From Eledone cirrhosa (taxonomy: Eukaryota), in assembly GCA_964016885.1 (NCBI GenBank), contig OZ024745.1, positions 115,320,001 through 115,384,000 on the forward strand: 64,000 nt of DNA, given 5' to 3'. The notes below the pieces were generated by a model. It saw only the letters and a program-made list of their open reading frames with translations, was not told the origin of the DNA and ran no database searches. How positions within the stretch are numbered: position 1 is the stretch's first letter; every line of letters starts with the position of its first letter. Position numbers and translations under genes: made by a program. This document shows positions 1 to 12,036 of this stretch, in pieces.

Positions 1-65
1 GTGTGTGTATGTGTGTGTGTGATGTGTGTGTGTGTCCGTGGTGTGTGAGTGTATGGTGTGTGTAT

Positions 66-105
<40 letters not shown>

Positions 106-118
106 TGTGATGTGTGTG

Positions 119-196
<78 letters not shown>

Positions 197-203
197 TGGT
201 GTG
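1..203. repeat. (GT)n microsatellite
   Basis: Imperfect (GT)n run, read directly. Confidence 0.97.
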
Positions 204-667
204 TATAAGCAGAAAGACTGAAGTAAAAAGGGGATAATTGTAGAAAGAGTGAAAGGTAAGTTGCTGGCCAGGTAAATGTAGATCTGTGAAGCGAGAGTGA
301 AAGATCTCCTACACTCAAATATCTAGTTAAAAGTAGGGGATTGAAAGAAAAGTTTAAAAAAGAAAAGAAGGAAAACTGTTGAAAGAGTGAACGGAGAAAA
401 TACGTAATATCGATATCTGGTTGACATGTGGCCAGCTGTGGGCGTCTGATGGTTATTTTGAACGTGACAGATTGAGAAATGGCCAGGCAGACGACAACCC
501 AGAACGTGTGGTAGGAGGGGGGGGGGGTAGTGAAAGAGAAAGGTGAGTTGAAGGGTGATAGTAGGAGGGAGAGTGGCTAATATAGAGAAAAACTTGGAGT
601 GAGAAAGACTTGGAGAAGAGGAAAAAAATGATGAGACACTTGTAGAGCGAGTTGGGGCTTGTGTTTG

Positions 668-1004
668 AAGTGGAGTGAGAGAGAGAGAGAGGGAGAGAGA
701 TTTACAGAGTGTATATTTAAATGGAGAGAGAGAGAGAGAGAGAGAGGAGGGAGAGATTTTCAGAGTGTATATTTAAATGGAGAGAGAGAGAGAGAGGGGA
801 GGGAGAGATTTTCAGAGTGTATATTTAAATGGAGAGAGAGAGAGAGAGAGAGAGGGGAGGGAGAGATTTTCAGAGTGTATATTTAAATGGAGAGAGAGAG
901 AGAGAGAGAGAGGGGAGGGAGAGATTTTCAGAGTGTATATTTAAATGGAGAGAGAGAGTGAGAGAGAGAGAGAGAGAGGAGGGAGAGATTTACAGAGTGT
1001 ATAT

Positions 1005-1047
<43 letters not shown>

Positions 1048-1586
1048 AGGGAGAGATTTTCAGAGTGTATATTTAAATGGAGAGAGAGAGTGAGAGAGAG
1101 AGAGAGAGGAGGGAGAGATTTTCAGAGTGTATATTTAAATGGAGAGAGAGAGAGAGAGAGAGAGGAGGGAGAGATTTTCAGAGTGTATATTTAAATGGAG
1201 AGAGAGAGAGAGAGAGAGAGGAGGGAGAGGAGGGAGAGATTTACAGAGTGTATATTGAAATGGAGAGAGAGAGGGGGGGTGGAGATTTTCAGAGTGTATA
1301 TTTGAATGGAGAGAGAGAGAGAGGGGGGAAGAGAGAGAGGGAGAGAGGGAGAGAGATTTTCAGAGTGTATATTTAAATGGAGAGAGAGAGTGAGAGAGAG
1401 AGAGAGAGAGAGGAGGGAGAGATTTACAGAGTGTATATTGAAATGGAGAGAGAGAGAGGGGGGGGGGTGGAGATTTTCAGAGTGTATATTTGAATGGAGA
1501 GAGAGAGGGGGGGAGAGAGAGAGAGAGGGAGAGAGGGAGAGAGATTTACAGAGTGTATATTTAAATGGAGAGAGAGAGAGAGAGAG
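668..1586. repeat. GA-rich minisatellite, ~55-75 bp unit
   Basis: Core gggagagattttcagagtgtatatttaaatgg repeated ~14 times, separated by variable (GA)n. Confidence 0.95.
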
Positions 1587-1872
1587 TTGTGGAGAGTGAG
1601 GGGGAAGCGATATCTGAATGGTAACCTGTACTATATCTTGGGTTGGCTGATAAAAACCGAAAGACAAGGGCCAAAAGCAAATGAAAGAGTTGAAATTATA
1701 TATGTGGAATATTATTAAGGTGAAGTAATTTAAGCAAAAGTTGAAAGAAAGATCTAACTTGTGTATGTGTGTGTATGTATCACACACACATACACACACA
1801 CACACACACTCAGACACACACACACACACACTCTCTCTCACTATATATATATTTAATTATGTAATAAGCAAC

Positions 1873-1921
<49 letters not shown>

Positions 1922-2463
1922 ATATGTATATATCATAGATTGAGTTATAAACTCAAAATAGTCTTTTACAATTAAATAGCTCAAGGAAGGGAATCTTTCC
2001 GAGCCGTGTAATACAATTATATATATATATGTATGTGTAAATGTTTAAAGCTCTCACGTAAATGCACACGTAAAACATGTTTTTGAATTGGCCTCAATGC
2101 ATATATACAAACAGAGAAGCGCACACACACACAAGCACACACACATATATCTATCTATCTCTCTCTCTATATATCTGAAAAACAAAATAAATATTGTTTT
2201 TCTCTTTTAATTCTTCTCCTTTTCTGCTTTGTTTAGTCTCTCTCTCACTCTCTTCCACACTCTCTCTCTCTCAATCCCCTCTCTGTCTCTTACTCTCTTC
2301 CACTTTCTCTCTCTCACTCCCCCTCTCTCTCTCTCTTATCCTTCTCCCACTAGAACATTATACCCTTCATTTCTTCCTTGTTCTCGTCTACTTTCAGTTT
2401 CTTTTCTCTTTTATCTCCCTGCCTATCTATCTATCTATCTATCTATCTATCCCGTCTCTCACA

Positions 2464-2514
<51 letters not shown>

Positions 2515-2568
2515 TTTACCTGTATATCCACCTATCTATCTATCCCCTTTCTTTCTCTCTGTATATAA

Positions 2569-2628
<60 letters not shown>

Positions 2629-3123
2629 ATGAGTATATACATATTTACCTATCTATCTATCACTTTCTCAGTTCATGTCTACCATGTCTTCTAGTTTGTC
2701 CTTACATACGTTCCTCTCCTTGTCACACACAGGACACACAGATAAAGCTTACGTACTTTTATTTTGCTCATAACTGTATATCTATTGATATTGATGTGGG
2801 CATATGTCAGCTAGACGGAAAGAACTACTTGTATTACAAAGCAACAGCAGGATATATAAACAAAACGGTGCACAACACCATTATGACCCTAACAAAGTCC
2901 CTCTTTCATTTATTTGTTGCTTTTGGGATTTTTTGTTAATATGATGGGATTTCAAATATTTTCACTGCCTTGGAAAAGAGTTATATCTACCAAGTAAAAC
3001 AAAGCAAAAAGAAAATTAAATTAAAACATTGTCGATATATAATGTTATGATTGTTTACCACAAAAACCACCGTGTTTTGGACAACTGATACAGCCGATCT
3101 ACATCCTTTCCACGTATATACAT

Positions 3124-3159
<36 letters not shown>

Positions 3160-3814
3160 CATATTAGACTGATCATTATGTAAACGGACGAGCTGAAACC
3201 AGTAAGTTATGATATTTTTTTACTTTTTTCTATTTCGTTTTTGAATATGGGAACATGAAATAATTTCTTGTTGTTATTGTTGTTGCTGTTGACAATCTGC
3301 TCTGTCTCATTAATATTCATTGTTGTAAATGTTTGTTATTGTAAGAATTAGTTGTGTTGCGTCTATATCGTACTAAGAGTCGAGGACGTGTTGTGTCTTG
3401 AAGTGAGCACATATGGTATCACTGTGTAAAACATGTAAACATCTGTACTAATCCAGCTGTTGATATTTCTCCCTAGCTAGAAGTGTCCTGACTGTGGATA
3501 AACTTCTTACCTTTTACTCTGTTTCTTTTACAGGTCAGCTTGTCTCAATGTGTGTGTTGGGTGTGTATTTCTATGTAAATAACCAATGCTCATCTTACTC
3601 AGTTAATCTCATTCACATCTAACATGCTAAATAAAAATATTAACCCAATATAAATACGTAACGTGTACTTATATTATCGATCGTAGAAAGATAAAAAGCA
3701 AAGTTGACCTGGCTGTTTATGGGCATAAAGGGCCATAACAAAATGCAGTAAGCATTTTGTGGTTTCTACATTTTTATTATCCTAATTATAAGGATAATGC
3801 TGAAGATGATAATA

Positions 3815-4012
3815 ATGGTTTCTACATTAGGCACAAGGCCAGCAATTTGAAGGGGAGAGGAAAGTAGATTAAATCGATACCAGTGCGTTACTGGTACTTT
3901 ATGATATCGACTCCGTAAGGATGACAGGCAGGATTTAAATGCAGAACGTAAAGGGTCGTAACTATATGCTGTAAAGCATGTTGTCGCACGCTCTACTTAT
4001 TCTACCAATCCA
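3815..4012 (-). mobile_element. tRNA-derived Nin/Deu-core SINE, diverged copy
   Basis: Reverse-complement similarity to the SINE copies at 29.4 and 49.6 kb (ggcacaaggccagcaattt, ctggtacttt, cgtaaggatga). Confidence 0.8.
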
Positions 4013-4639
4013 TCAGATTATATGAATATAAAACAGAATCCTATGATGTTCCTGCTTTTCTTAAGAAGTCTTAGATATGCAACTGAAGTGAAAGTCAGGA
4101 ATAAAGATTCTGATTTCTTTTGATTAGAGACGAGGTTGAAACCTTACTTCGGGTATTGCGTCAGATGAATTCGACTATATTGTTGGTACCTATTTTATCG
4201 ACTCCCGTAGATGGAGAGTTACCGGTGAGAGATTTCAGCACGGAAAACGGACTAAACCATTAATCAAAATACTAAAATTCTATTTGTAATTATTTTATCC
4301 CACAATTACGACACTTAACGTTCTGAGTTCAATTCCCTCCCCTTTATTCTTGTGATATCGATAAAATAAATACAAAACTTCCACCAAAATAACTTGGCCT
4401 ATGTTTATTGAATCATTGTTTTGTTCCATACTCCTCAATGTTATTAAAGAGCAAGTTGTTAGGCTGGTGTAGACTTGGCCCCAGATTTCATTTACCGGTA
4501 GCTTACATCTGTTGTACAGATACTAGCATGATATAGCACCCCCCCCCCTTTTTTTAAACGAATGACCATGGGTTTGGTGTGTTTGTGGAAAACCAGCTAT
4601 CGCCCATGTATGCCAGTCTCCCCTTTTACGCCACCGATG

Positions 4640-4800
4640 TGACCAAGGGAAGGTAATGACCAATACAGCTTGGCACCTTTGACGTCGCAACTCATTTCTA
4701 AAGCTGAGTGAAATGAGGTAACGTGAAATAAAGTGTTTTTTCGAATTCACAACCTTACTTTTGTGGGCTCAACGCTCTAACCACTAAGCCACGCACCTTC
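4640..4800 (-). mobile_element. degenerate tRNA-derived SINE of a second family
   Basis: Minus strand begins ggtgcgtggcttagtggttagagcg, an A-box-like tRNA head. Confidence 0.55.
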
Positions 4801-6011
4801 ACAGTCACTTATCAACGTTAAAAAAACATAAAAATAAAACAAAACAAAACGTACAGACGAAAACAAAAACACCCGTTAATAGCATGTACTTGTTGAATAA
4901 GGCATGTCGTTGACTTTTTTGTTGGGATAAAACTTTCACTTTAGAGGAAGCCTCTACCTGGTGGATCGATTTACAAGAAATAACAGCTAAGTATCAAACG
5001 TCATAACATATTTAAACAAAGTTCCAGATAAAAAAGTACCAGTCTAGTACTGGGGTCAATTCTTCCTATGGGTTTAACTTTGCCTTTCATCCATTTGAGG
5101 CCGATAAAATAGTACCAGTCTAGTACTGGGTAGATATTCTTTCTCTACATCTCTTTTACAGTTCCATTCTCTCACTCTCTTTCCTTCTCTGGAAGAAATC
5201 TGCTGTACTCAGATCAGGAGAGGAGATGGGCTCCAACAGGTATCACAAATGCCCTGAGAAACGCTATATGACACCCCTACAATACCCCCTAGAGTTATGG
5301 GACCATACCATACTTTTACATGAGGCACTACATTAGATAATGTATTGCCTCATGTAAAAGATGAGTTCAACGTCTTTGATCATAACTCTGCCCAACAGGA
5401 CTTGACCTGGGGTTAAAGAACAACAATGAATATAGATTTATGCAAGCAGACACATTTCAGTTGAATATATTTTAGACGCATTTCATTCGAATAAATTTTA
5501 GACCCTATTGTGTACTGAGTTGTAGTTTTCGCTACAAGTTATTTTGTAAGGTTTCCTATGTTGCCTAGGTTCCTTAAAACACGTTCAAAATCTATGTGTA
5601 TACACATAGATTTATATAGAAATACATAAATATACAGATAGATGCACATATACACCCATACAGATATGTACTCTCAGGTTGTGTATAATATCCCCCCCAC
5701 CTACCGCTTATTAATTTTTCGGATTTTTTCCACCCCACGCTTATTAAATTTTGCTAATCTATCTCCAGAAAAATGTTATTGTAAGTGATTCATATTGATA
5801 CAGCAGCTGTAGAATCTAATAATTATTTTATTTCATATTTAAAAAAAAAACGATATATGACAAAAAAAGAACATTACAAGAAATCCCATATTTACGAACA
5901 TACACTATACAATCACAGATCACCCCACCCTCACCCAGAAGAATTTAAGGAAATGTCTACTCCACCCTCGCTTATTCCACCACGAAATTAGTTGGGACCC
6001 GAAAGTACGTG

Positions 6012-6042
<31 letters not shown>

Positions 6043-6043
6043 G

Positions 6044-6222
6044 AAAGATTCGGGACCCCAACGGTTGAGCTCCTGCCGTTTCAAGAGCTAGATCCGAACT
6101 AGCTGTTGAAACGGCAGGAGCTCAGCCGTTGGGGGCTTGAATCCTTCATAATACCCACTCCACTATCCCAAGTATCGAGTACCCTGGTGAATAATGGTCT
6201 AACTGGTTTTTACTGCATCCAT

Positions 6223-6228
<6 letters not shown>
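6044..6228 (+). mobile_element. snap-back palindromic PLE end (family A) in (TA)n
   Basis: Arms 6045-6147 around a 7-nt loop; right arm has the HHR 3' half gaaa-cggc..gagctc..gccg-tt; ~80-nt tail; (TA)n both sides. Confidence 0.75.
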
Positions 6229-6278
<50 letters not shown>

Positions 6279-6281
<3 letters not shown>

Positions 6282-6468
6282 AAAAGGTATGACTCCGACG
6301 GCAGAGCTCAAGCCGTTTCGACGGCTATTTCAGTCCTGAAATAGCCGTCGAAACGGTTTGAGCACTGCCGTCGGGGTCATACCTTTTCCTATCACCCACT
6401 CTACTACTCTAAGTATTGAGTACTCTAGTGCGTTATGGTCCATCTGGTTCCTTACCACAATTCCCTCG

Positions 6469-6470
<2 letters not shown>
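6279..6470 (+). mobile_element. snap-back palindromic PLE end (family B) in (TA)n
   Basis: Near-perfect palindrome 6279-6390 with gaaa-cggtttgagcactgccg-tc, then tail; homologous to 6545 and 31519 copies. Confidence 0.8.
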
Positions 6471-6544
<74 letters not shown>

Positions 6545-6547
<3 letters not shown>

Positions 6548-6740
6548 AAAATGTTAGACCCCGACGGCAGAGCTCAAGCCGGCTATTTCTGGACTAGCCG
6601 AGTCCAGAAATAGCCGTCGAGACGGCTTGAGCTCTGCCGTCGGGGTCTAACATTTTCCTATTACCCACTCTACTACCCTAAGTATTGAGTACTGTGGTGC
6701 GTTATGGTCCATCTGGTTCCTTACCACACCTCCTTCGTTA
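6545..6740 (+). mobile_element. snap-back palindromic PLE end (family B) in (TA)n
   Basis: Palindrome 6545-6661 plus the same tail (acccactctactac..gtattgagtac..atggtccatctggttccttaccac). Confidence 0.8.
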
Positions 6741-6752
6741 TATATATATATA

Positions 6753-7075
6753 CAAGACACACAGAAACAAGATGGCGTAGGACAGAACAGAGGAGAGGCA
6801 CAAAAACAAAGAAAACAATCCCCAGTCACTGAAGAGGTCACAGAAGTTGTGACGAAATAACTTTGACAATATATAAACAACCATCTGGTTGTGGAACCAA
6901 CCAACCAACCGGAAATTTATAAATTCCTAAATTTATAAATTTATTATAATAAATTGAAGTGAAAGCAACTGGTGCGTGTGTTTCTTATTGGCAACATGAC
7001 CCTCCCAAAGTATAACAATATCGGTTTCAACACACGTCTTCAGATAAAGAATCTTGCTAAACAAATTCAGAAACG

Positions 7076-7078
<3 letters not shown>
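6753..7078 (+). mobile_element. solo pLTR of PLE family C
   Basis: Matches the terminal repeat of the GIY-YIG element at 24.4-25.8 kb; flanked by (TA)n. Confidence 0.85.
6825..6867 (+). ncRNA. type I hammerhead ribozyme motif (family C pLTR)
   Basis: gtca-CTGAAGA-g gtcaca/tgtgac-GAAA-taac-TT-tgac; stem III pair mutated in this copy. Confidence 0.7.
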
Positions 7079-7163
<85 letters not shown>

Positions 7164-7324
7164 ATACTTTGGGAGGGTCATGTTGCCAAAGAATCTTGCT
7201 AAACAAATTCAGAAACGATATATATGTATATATATGTATATATATGTATATATGTATATATATGTATATATATATATATGTATATATATGTATATATGTA
7301 TATGTATATATATGTATATATATG

Positions 7325-7377
<53 letters not shown>

Positions 7378-7408
7378 GTATATATGAATATATATATGAA
7401 TATATATA

Positions 7409-7483
<75 letters not shown>

Positions 7484-7520
7484 CATGTACGTCAATACTC
7501 ATCCTTTTTTCTATTCAGAA

Positions 7521-7560
<40 letters not shown>

Positions 7561-7820
7561 TTCTGAATAGAAAAAAGGATGAGTATTGACGTACATAGGA
7601 CGATGTATTATTATTATCACATAGAAACGATCGTAAAGCAGTGAAGTATATTGCTAATGACTTGAATTTTTATTTCATTGTTTTAACTTATATCATGACT
7701 CTGTTTTCCTTTTGATGTTTTATTGTTTTCCGGGATTTATTTTAACGTACAACATTTTCAACATATGGATTACATTGAGTTCTTCATGCAGACTAGACCC
7801 CACAACTAACCCTGGATATT

Positions 7821-7884
<64 letters not shown>

Positions 7885-8076
7885 TAAATCTACCAAAAGT
7901 TTACGGTAGTGTCCAATCCGTATGAAGAACTCAATGTAATCCGGATATCATGGAAAGAAGAGATGCATTCAAAAATCACTTTCGGTGAAAGATAAACGGA
8001 ATACAGAGTCAAGATAAAATGTTAAAAAAATAATGAATAAAACAATGAAACAGTTCCTTATATTAAACAAAAAAAG

Positions 8077-8229
8077 TTCATTATTTAACGATCGTTTCTA
8101 GGACATATATGTGTTAGAATTGGCATGCATATTCAACAGATCTATGTACAAAATTATACAAAATTATACAAACTATCAAATATAATATACATACCAACAC
8201 ATATATATGCCGTCTTCAGAAATAATGAA
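8077..8229 (-). ncRNA. type I HHR with long stem II (mirror copy)
   Basis: Reverse complement of 8492-8644. Confidence 0.75.
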
Positions 8230-8491
8230 ATATATTTATTGATAATAACAACAATTCAAAATTACAGGTCTGTTTGGGAACAGAGTTCAAATTGACCAAT
8301 GAAATACACAAAATACACGTATGCATGTGAACATATATTTTTATGCATATCTGTGAACGAGGTTACTTACATATATACACACACCTAACTGTATTTTCTT
8401 GATATATTTTTGTGTATTTCATTGGTCAATTTGAACTCTGTTCCCAAACAGACCTGTAATTTTGAATTGTTGTTATTATCAATAAATATAT

Positions 8492-8644
8492 TTCATTATT
8501 TCTGAAGACGGCATATATATGTGTTGGTATGTATATTATATTTGATAGTTTGTATAATTTTGTATAATTTTGTACATAGATCTGTTGAATATGCATGCCA
8601 ATTCTAACACATATATGTCCTAGAAACGATCGTTAAATAATGAA
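8492..8644 (+). ncRNA. type I HHR with ~114-nt stem II
   Basis: 10-bp stem I ttcattattt/aaataatgaa, CTGAAGA, long stem II (atatatgtgttgg/ctaacacatatat), GAAA-cgatcg-TT (GUU site). Confidence 0.78.
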
Positions 8645-8700
8645 CTTTTTTTGTTTAATATAAGGAACTGTTTCATTGTTTTATTCATTATTTTTTTAAC

Positions 8701-8771
<71 letters not shown>

Positions 8772-8773
<2 letters not shown>

Positions 8774-9335
8774 TAGGTTATTCCGGGTTGAATCGGAGGT
8801 AACCACAGTAAGTAAGGTACTCAATACATAGCAGAGTGTAACAGTTTTAATATAGATGAGATTCTACAGGACTAGAACTGTTTCATTCTTGAGAAATCAT
8901 CAGGAATCTGACTGTCCAAATAAATGTGGTGGTATTTATATCTTTTCTTATGGTAGGAGAGGGTGGGGAGTGGGATGGGTGGAGGTCATTGGTTGAAAGA
9001 AAAGGGAATTCATTAAAAGCTAAGTCTTTAAAGCTATAATTTATATTTAGAGTGACAAAGGCAGAAAGAATTCTATAAACAAGTTCAAATTGGAGTGCCA
9101 CTCCTTATTTTTAAGTTTCTCTTAAGCCAACAATGCCTATATTTCAGGTGTCTATAAGATGGTTGGGGTCAGTCATGGTTGATGGGTTTAAAGAAAAGGG
9201 AAATTATTTAAAAGCTATATCTTTAAGGCTCTACTTAGAGTGACAAAGGCAGAGAGAATTCTATAAACAAGTTCAAATATTGGGTGCCTGTCCTTATTGT
9301 CATGTTTCTCTTAAGCTATATTTCAGGAGTCTACA
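8772..9335 (-). mobile_element. PLE 3' region and pLTR (family D)
   Basis: Contains an HHR and a tail shared with 32432-32617; internal duplication 8975-9150 / 9180-9330; abuts (TA)n. Confidence 0.7.
8859..8909 (-). ncRNA. type I hammerhead ribozyme motif
   Basis: agattc-CTGATGA-tttct ca agaat-GAAA-cag ttctagtc ctg-TA-gaatct (GUA site). Confidence 0.8.
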
Positions 9336-9372
9336 GACACATTCACATACACACAAACACATATATAAATAT

Positions 9373-9459
<87 letters not shown>

Positions 9460-9671
9460 CACACACACATATATACACACACGCACACACACACACATAT
9501 ATATATATGCGCGCACATATATATATATTGAAGAGTTAAACAAAATTCAATGAGTATATCAAAGAATGAGTTTTACAGTAGATTGGAAGCACTCTACGAA
9601 AAATAATTTTCCGGAGTTATTAATATTAGAATATAAATATTAATAAAATAGATATTCTTTTGATCAATTAC

Positions 9672-9724
9672 ATTTTATTATACATATTTCGGATGTACAA
9701 CAGTACGTCCTCATCAGACAAAAT
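9672..9724 (-). ncRNA. type I hammerhead ribozyme motif
   Basis: attttgt-CTGATGA-ggacgtac tgtt gtacatcc-GAAA-tatgta-TA-ataaaat. Confidence 0.8.
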
Positions 9725-9966
9725 ATAATGATACATGACATACCCTGAGATGTTAAATGGTTAAGATTTAATCAAGGTAGTGATTAACCTAAGAGAAAAT
9801 TTAACATTTATACCCTAATAATGAGAAAATGCGAAAACGTAAACGTAATAAATTCAATAGAGAATGTGTGAGTAAGAAAAACGTTGCTTAATGTACCAGT
9901 TTTCTAGATTTTAATATGTATGATACTACAATTCATCTAGGAAAGCATTTCATGAATTATAACAGT

Positions 9967-10050
<84 letters not shown>

Positions 10051-11604
10051 GGGGGGGGAAGATGAGGGGGGTAATGTATGCAGATGGAGATTTTTTTCCG
10101 AAAGTTAAACGGTTAAGTTTGAAAATATTTAATTTATGTTATCTTAGGGTGATGTATCAATATTTTATTTTTTATTTTTAAATTGGTGGTTATTTATATA
10201 TTAGTTTTGTAAATTTTATAAGTGTGTTAACACTTCTAAGCTTCGACAAAACTTCGGAACTGTGGAGTTTACCACAACTCTAGTATATCAAATAACTGCG
10301 CACTCTGTACAATGGAGACCCTGTTGATTATTAATAACTATGAGACCCTAATTAACAAAAAAAGTGAATTATTCTCTAGTTGCCTCCATAAAGTTATGCC
10401 CACATTCTTAGCCTCCCACAAAACGAGAAAAAAAGAGAGAGAAACATTAAACCATTAAAAACTTGGTTGTCAGACGTATAAAATTAACAGGGAAAAACTT
10501 TAGTGGCCTTTAATATTGCACTATCTTATATCTATCTATAGAAGAAATAACGCTCGAATGAAAGACACTTGTTCAATAACATGCCGGAACATTGATACAC
10601 ATAACATTATTCTGTTGATTTTGATCCATACCATTATTTCTTTATTTCTCTACCCTTATCTTCCTACTTAAGTTTTAAATCTGAGTTTTATATCCAACCC
10701 TTACATCTTTACTGAACTTATTTATAACTGTGAATTTTTCATGCGTTTCTGATCTCTTATTTATAATATGTATGTAATTATATTTTCTATGTTTTTAAAT
10801 ATACCTACCGCATTCTTATATCCATGATTCAAATATAGAGCAAATATCCAAATTACAAATTATTATAAACATTATTTTGAACTATGAATTATCCATGCAT
10901 TTATTATTGTTTTTCTTATATATATATGTATTTAACTTTAACACGTAGAACTTTATTATATAAAATTATAACCGTTATCATTTACCTAAAGTATACTGTA
11001 TCACTAATACCCAATATAAGATATATCCATATATAACTCCCTGTATCTTTCTATACATAATTTTCAGTTAACTTCTAAATTTTAGATTGTTTTTACTTTG
11101 AGCTAGGAATAATTAATACATTTACACACGGTTATATACGGGTATATATTTAATTTTAACATGCCTCAATCTATTATTTTATTTTAATTTTATTTTCATT
11201 ATCATTTACCTAAAATATACTGGCTCATTAATTAATATATATCTATATACATAACCGTTATTTAAATTTTTCTAACAATAAGTACTTCAAAAGCTTTACA
11301 TGCCTAATACGTTGACAATGACTAACTTCATTAAAGAATACATTTAGGAAAATATTCAACAGTGTAAACTTTCCTTAATAATGGCCAGCTAAATCCTTTA
11401 AATCTTATTATTAAAAAAATTCAGAAGCTTAGAAGTGTTAACATACTTATAAAATTTACAAAACTATTATATAAATAACCACCAATTTAAAAAAAAAAAA
11501 AAAAAATATTGATTCTTCACCCTAAGATAACATAAATTAAATATTTTCAAACTTAACCGTTTAACTTTCGGAAAAAAATCTCCATCTGCATACATTACCC
11601 CCTC

Positions 11605-11667
<63 letters not shown>

Positions 11668-11903
11668 ACTGTTATAATTCATGAAATGCTTTCCTAGATG
11701 AATTGTAGTATCATACATATTAAAATCTAGAAAACTGGTGCATTAAGCAACGTTTTTCTTACTCACACATTCTCTATTGAATTTATTACGTTTTCGCATT
11801 TTCTTATTATTAGGGTATAAATGTTAAATTTTCTCTTACGTTAATCACTACTTTGATTAAATCTTAACCATTTAACATCTCAGGGTATGTCATGTATCAT
11901 TAT

Positions 11904-11956
11904 ATTTTGTCTGATGAGGGCCTACTGTTGAACATCCGAAATATGTATAATAAAAT
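11904..11956 (+). ncRNA. type I hammerhead ribozyme motif (stem II partly decayed)
   Basis: Mirror of 9672-9724 with intact CTGATGA and GAAA. Confidence 0.7.
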
Positions 11957-11984
11957 GAACATCTATTTTATTAATATTTATATT

Positions 11985-12036
<52 letters not shown>

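Larger units (their letters stand above)
7940..8706. mobile_element. long fold-back PLE terminal repeat pair in (TA)n
   Basis: ~300-bp near-identical inverted arms (8015-8315 and 8405-8706) with ~90-bp spacer; each arm carries an HHR. Confidence 0.85.
9529..11990. mobile_element. PLE-type insertion with ~600-bp inverted terminal arms
   Basis: 9640-10244 is the reverse complement of 11424-11990, including the (GA)n/(TC)n tract and HHR; AT-rich interior; (TA)n flanks. Confidence 0.85.

Noticed and set aside
668-1586. Constant core with variable spacers resembling CRISPR
   Set aside because: Spacers are only (GA)n length variants; eukaryotic context and no cas genes
26-2939. Long ORFs such as CVCV, ERER, SLSL and YIYI repeats here and throughout the window
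   Set aside because: Translations of stop-free microsatellites, with no domain content
3505-3540. Polypyrimidine tract plus cag as a host splice acceptor
   Set aside because: No convincing exon or donor follows; a host gene cannot be supported without transcripts
5668-6007. Possible TA-flanked MITE (tactctcagg...cccgaaagta)
   Set aside because: The terminal inverted match is too short and degenerate to call
6279-6390. Palindromes as DNA-transposon MITEs or rho-independent terminators
   Set aside because: They have an asymmetric tail, variable arm ends and HHR half-motifs, so they fit PLE-derived fold-backs better
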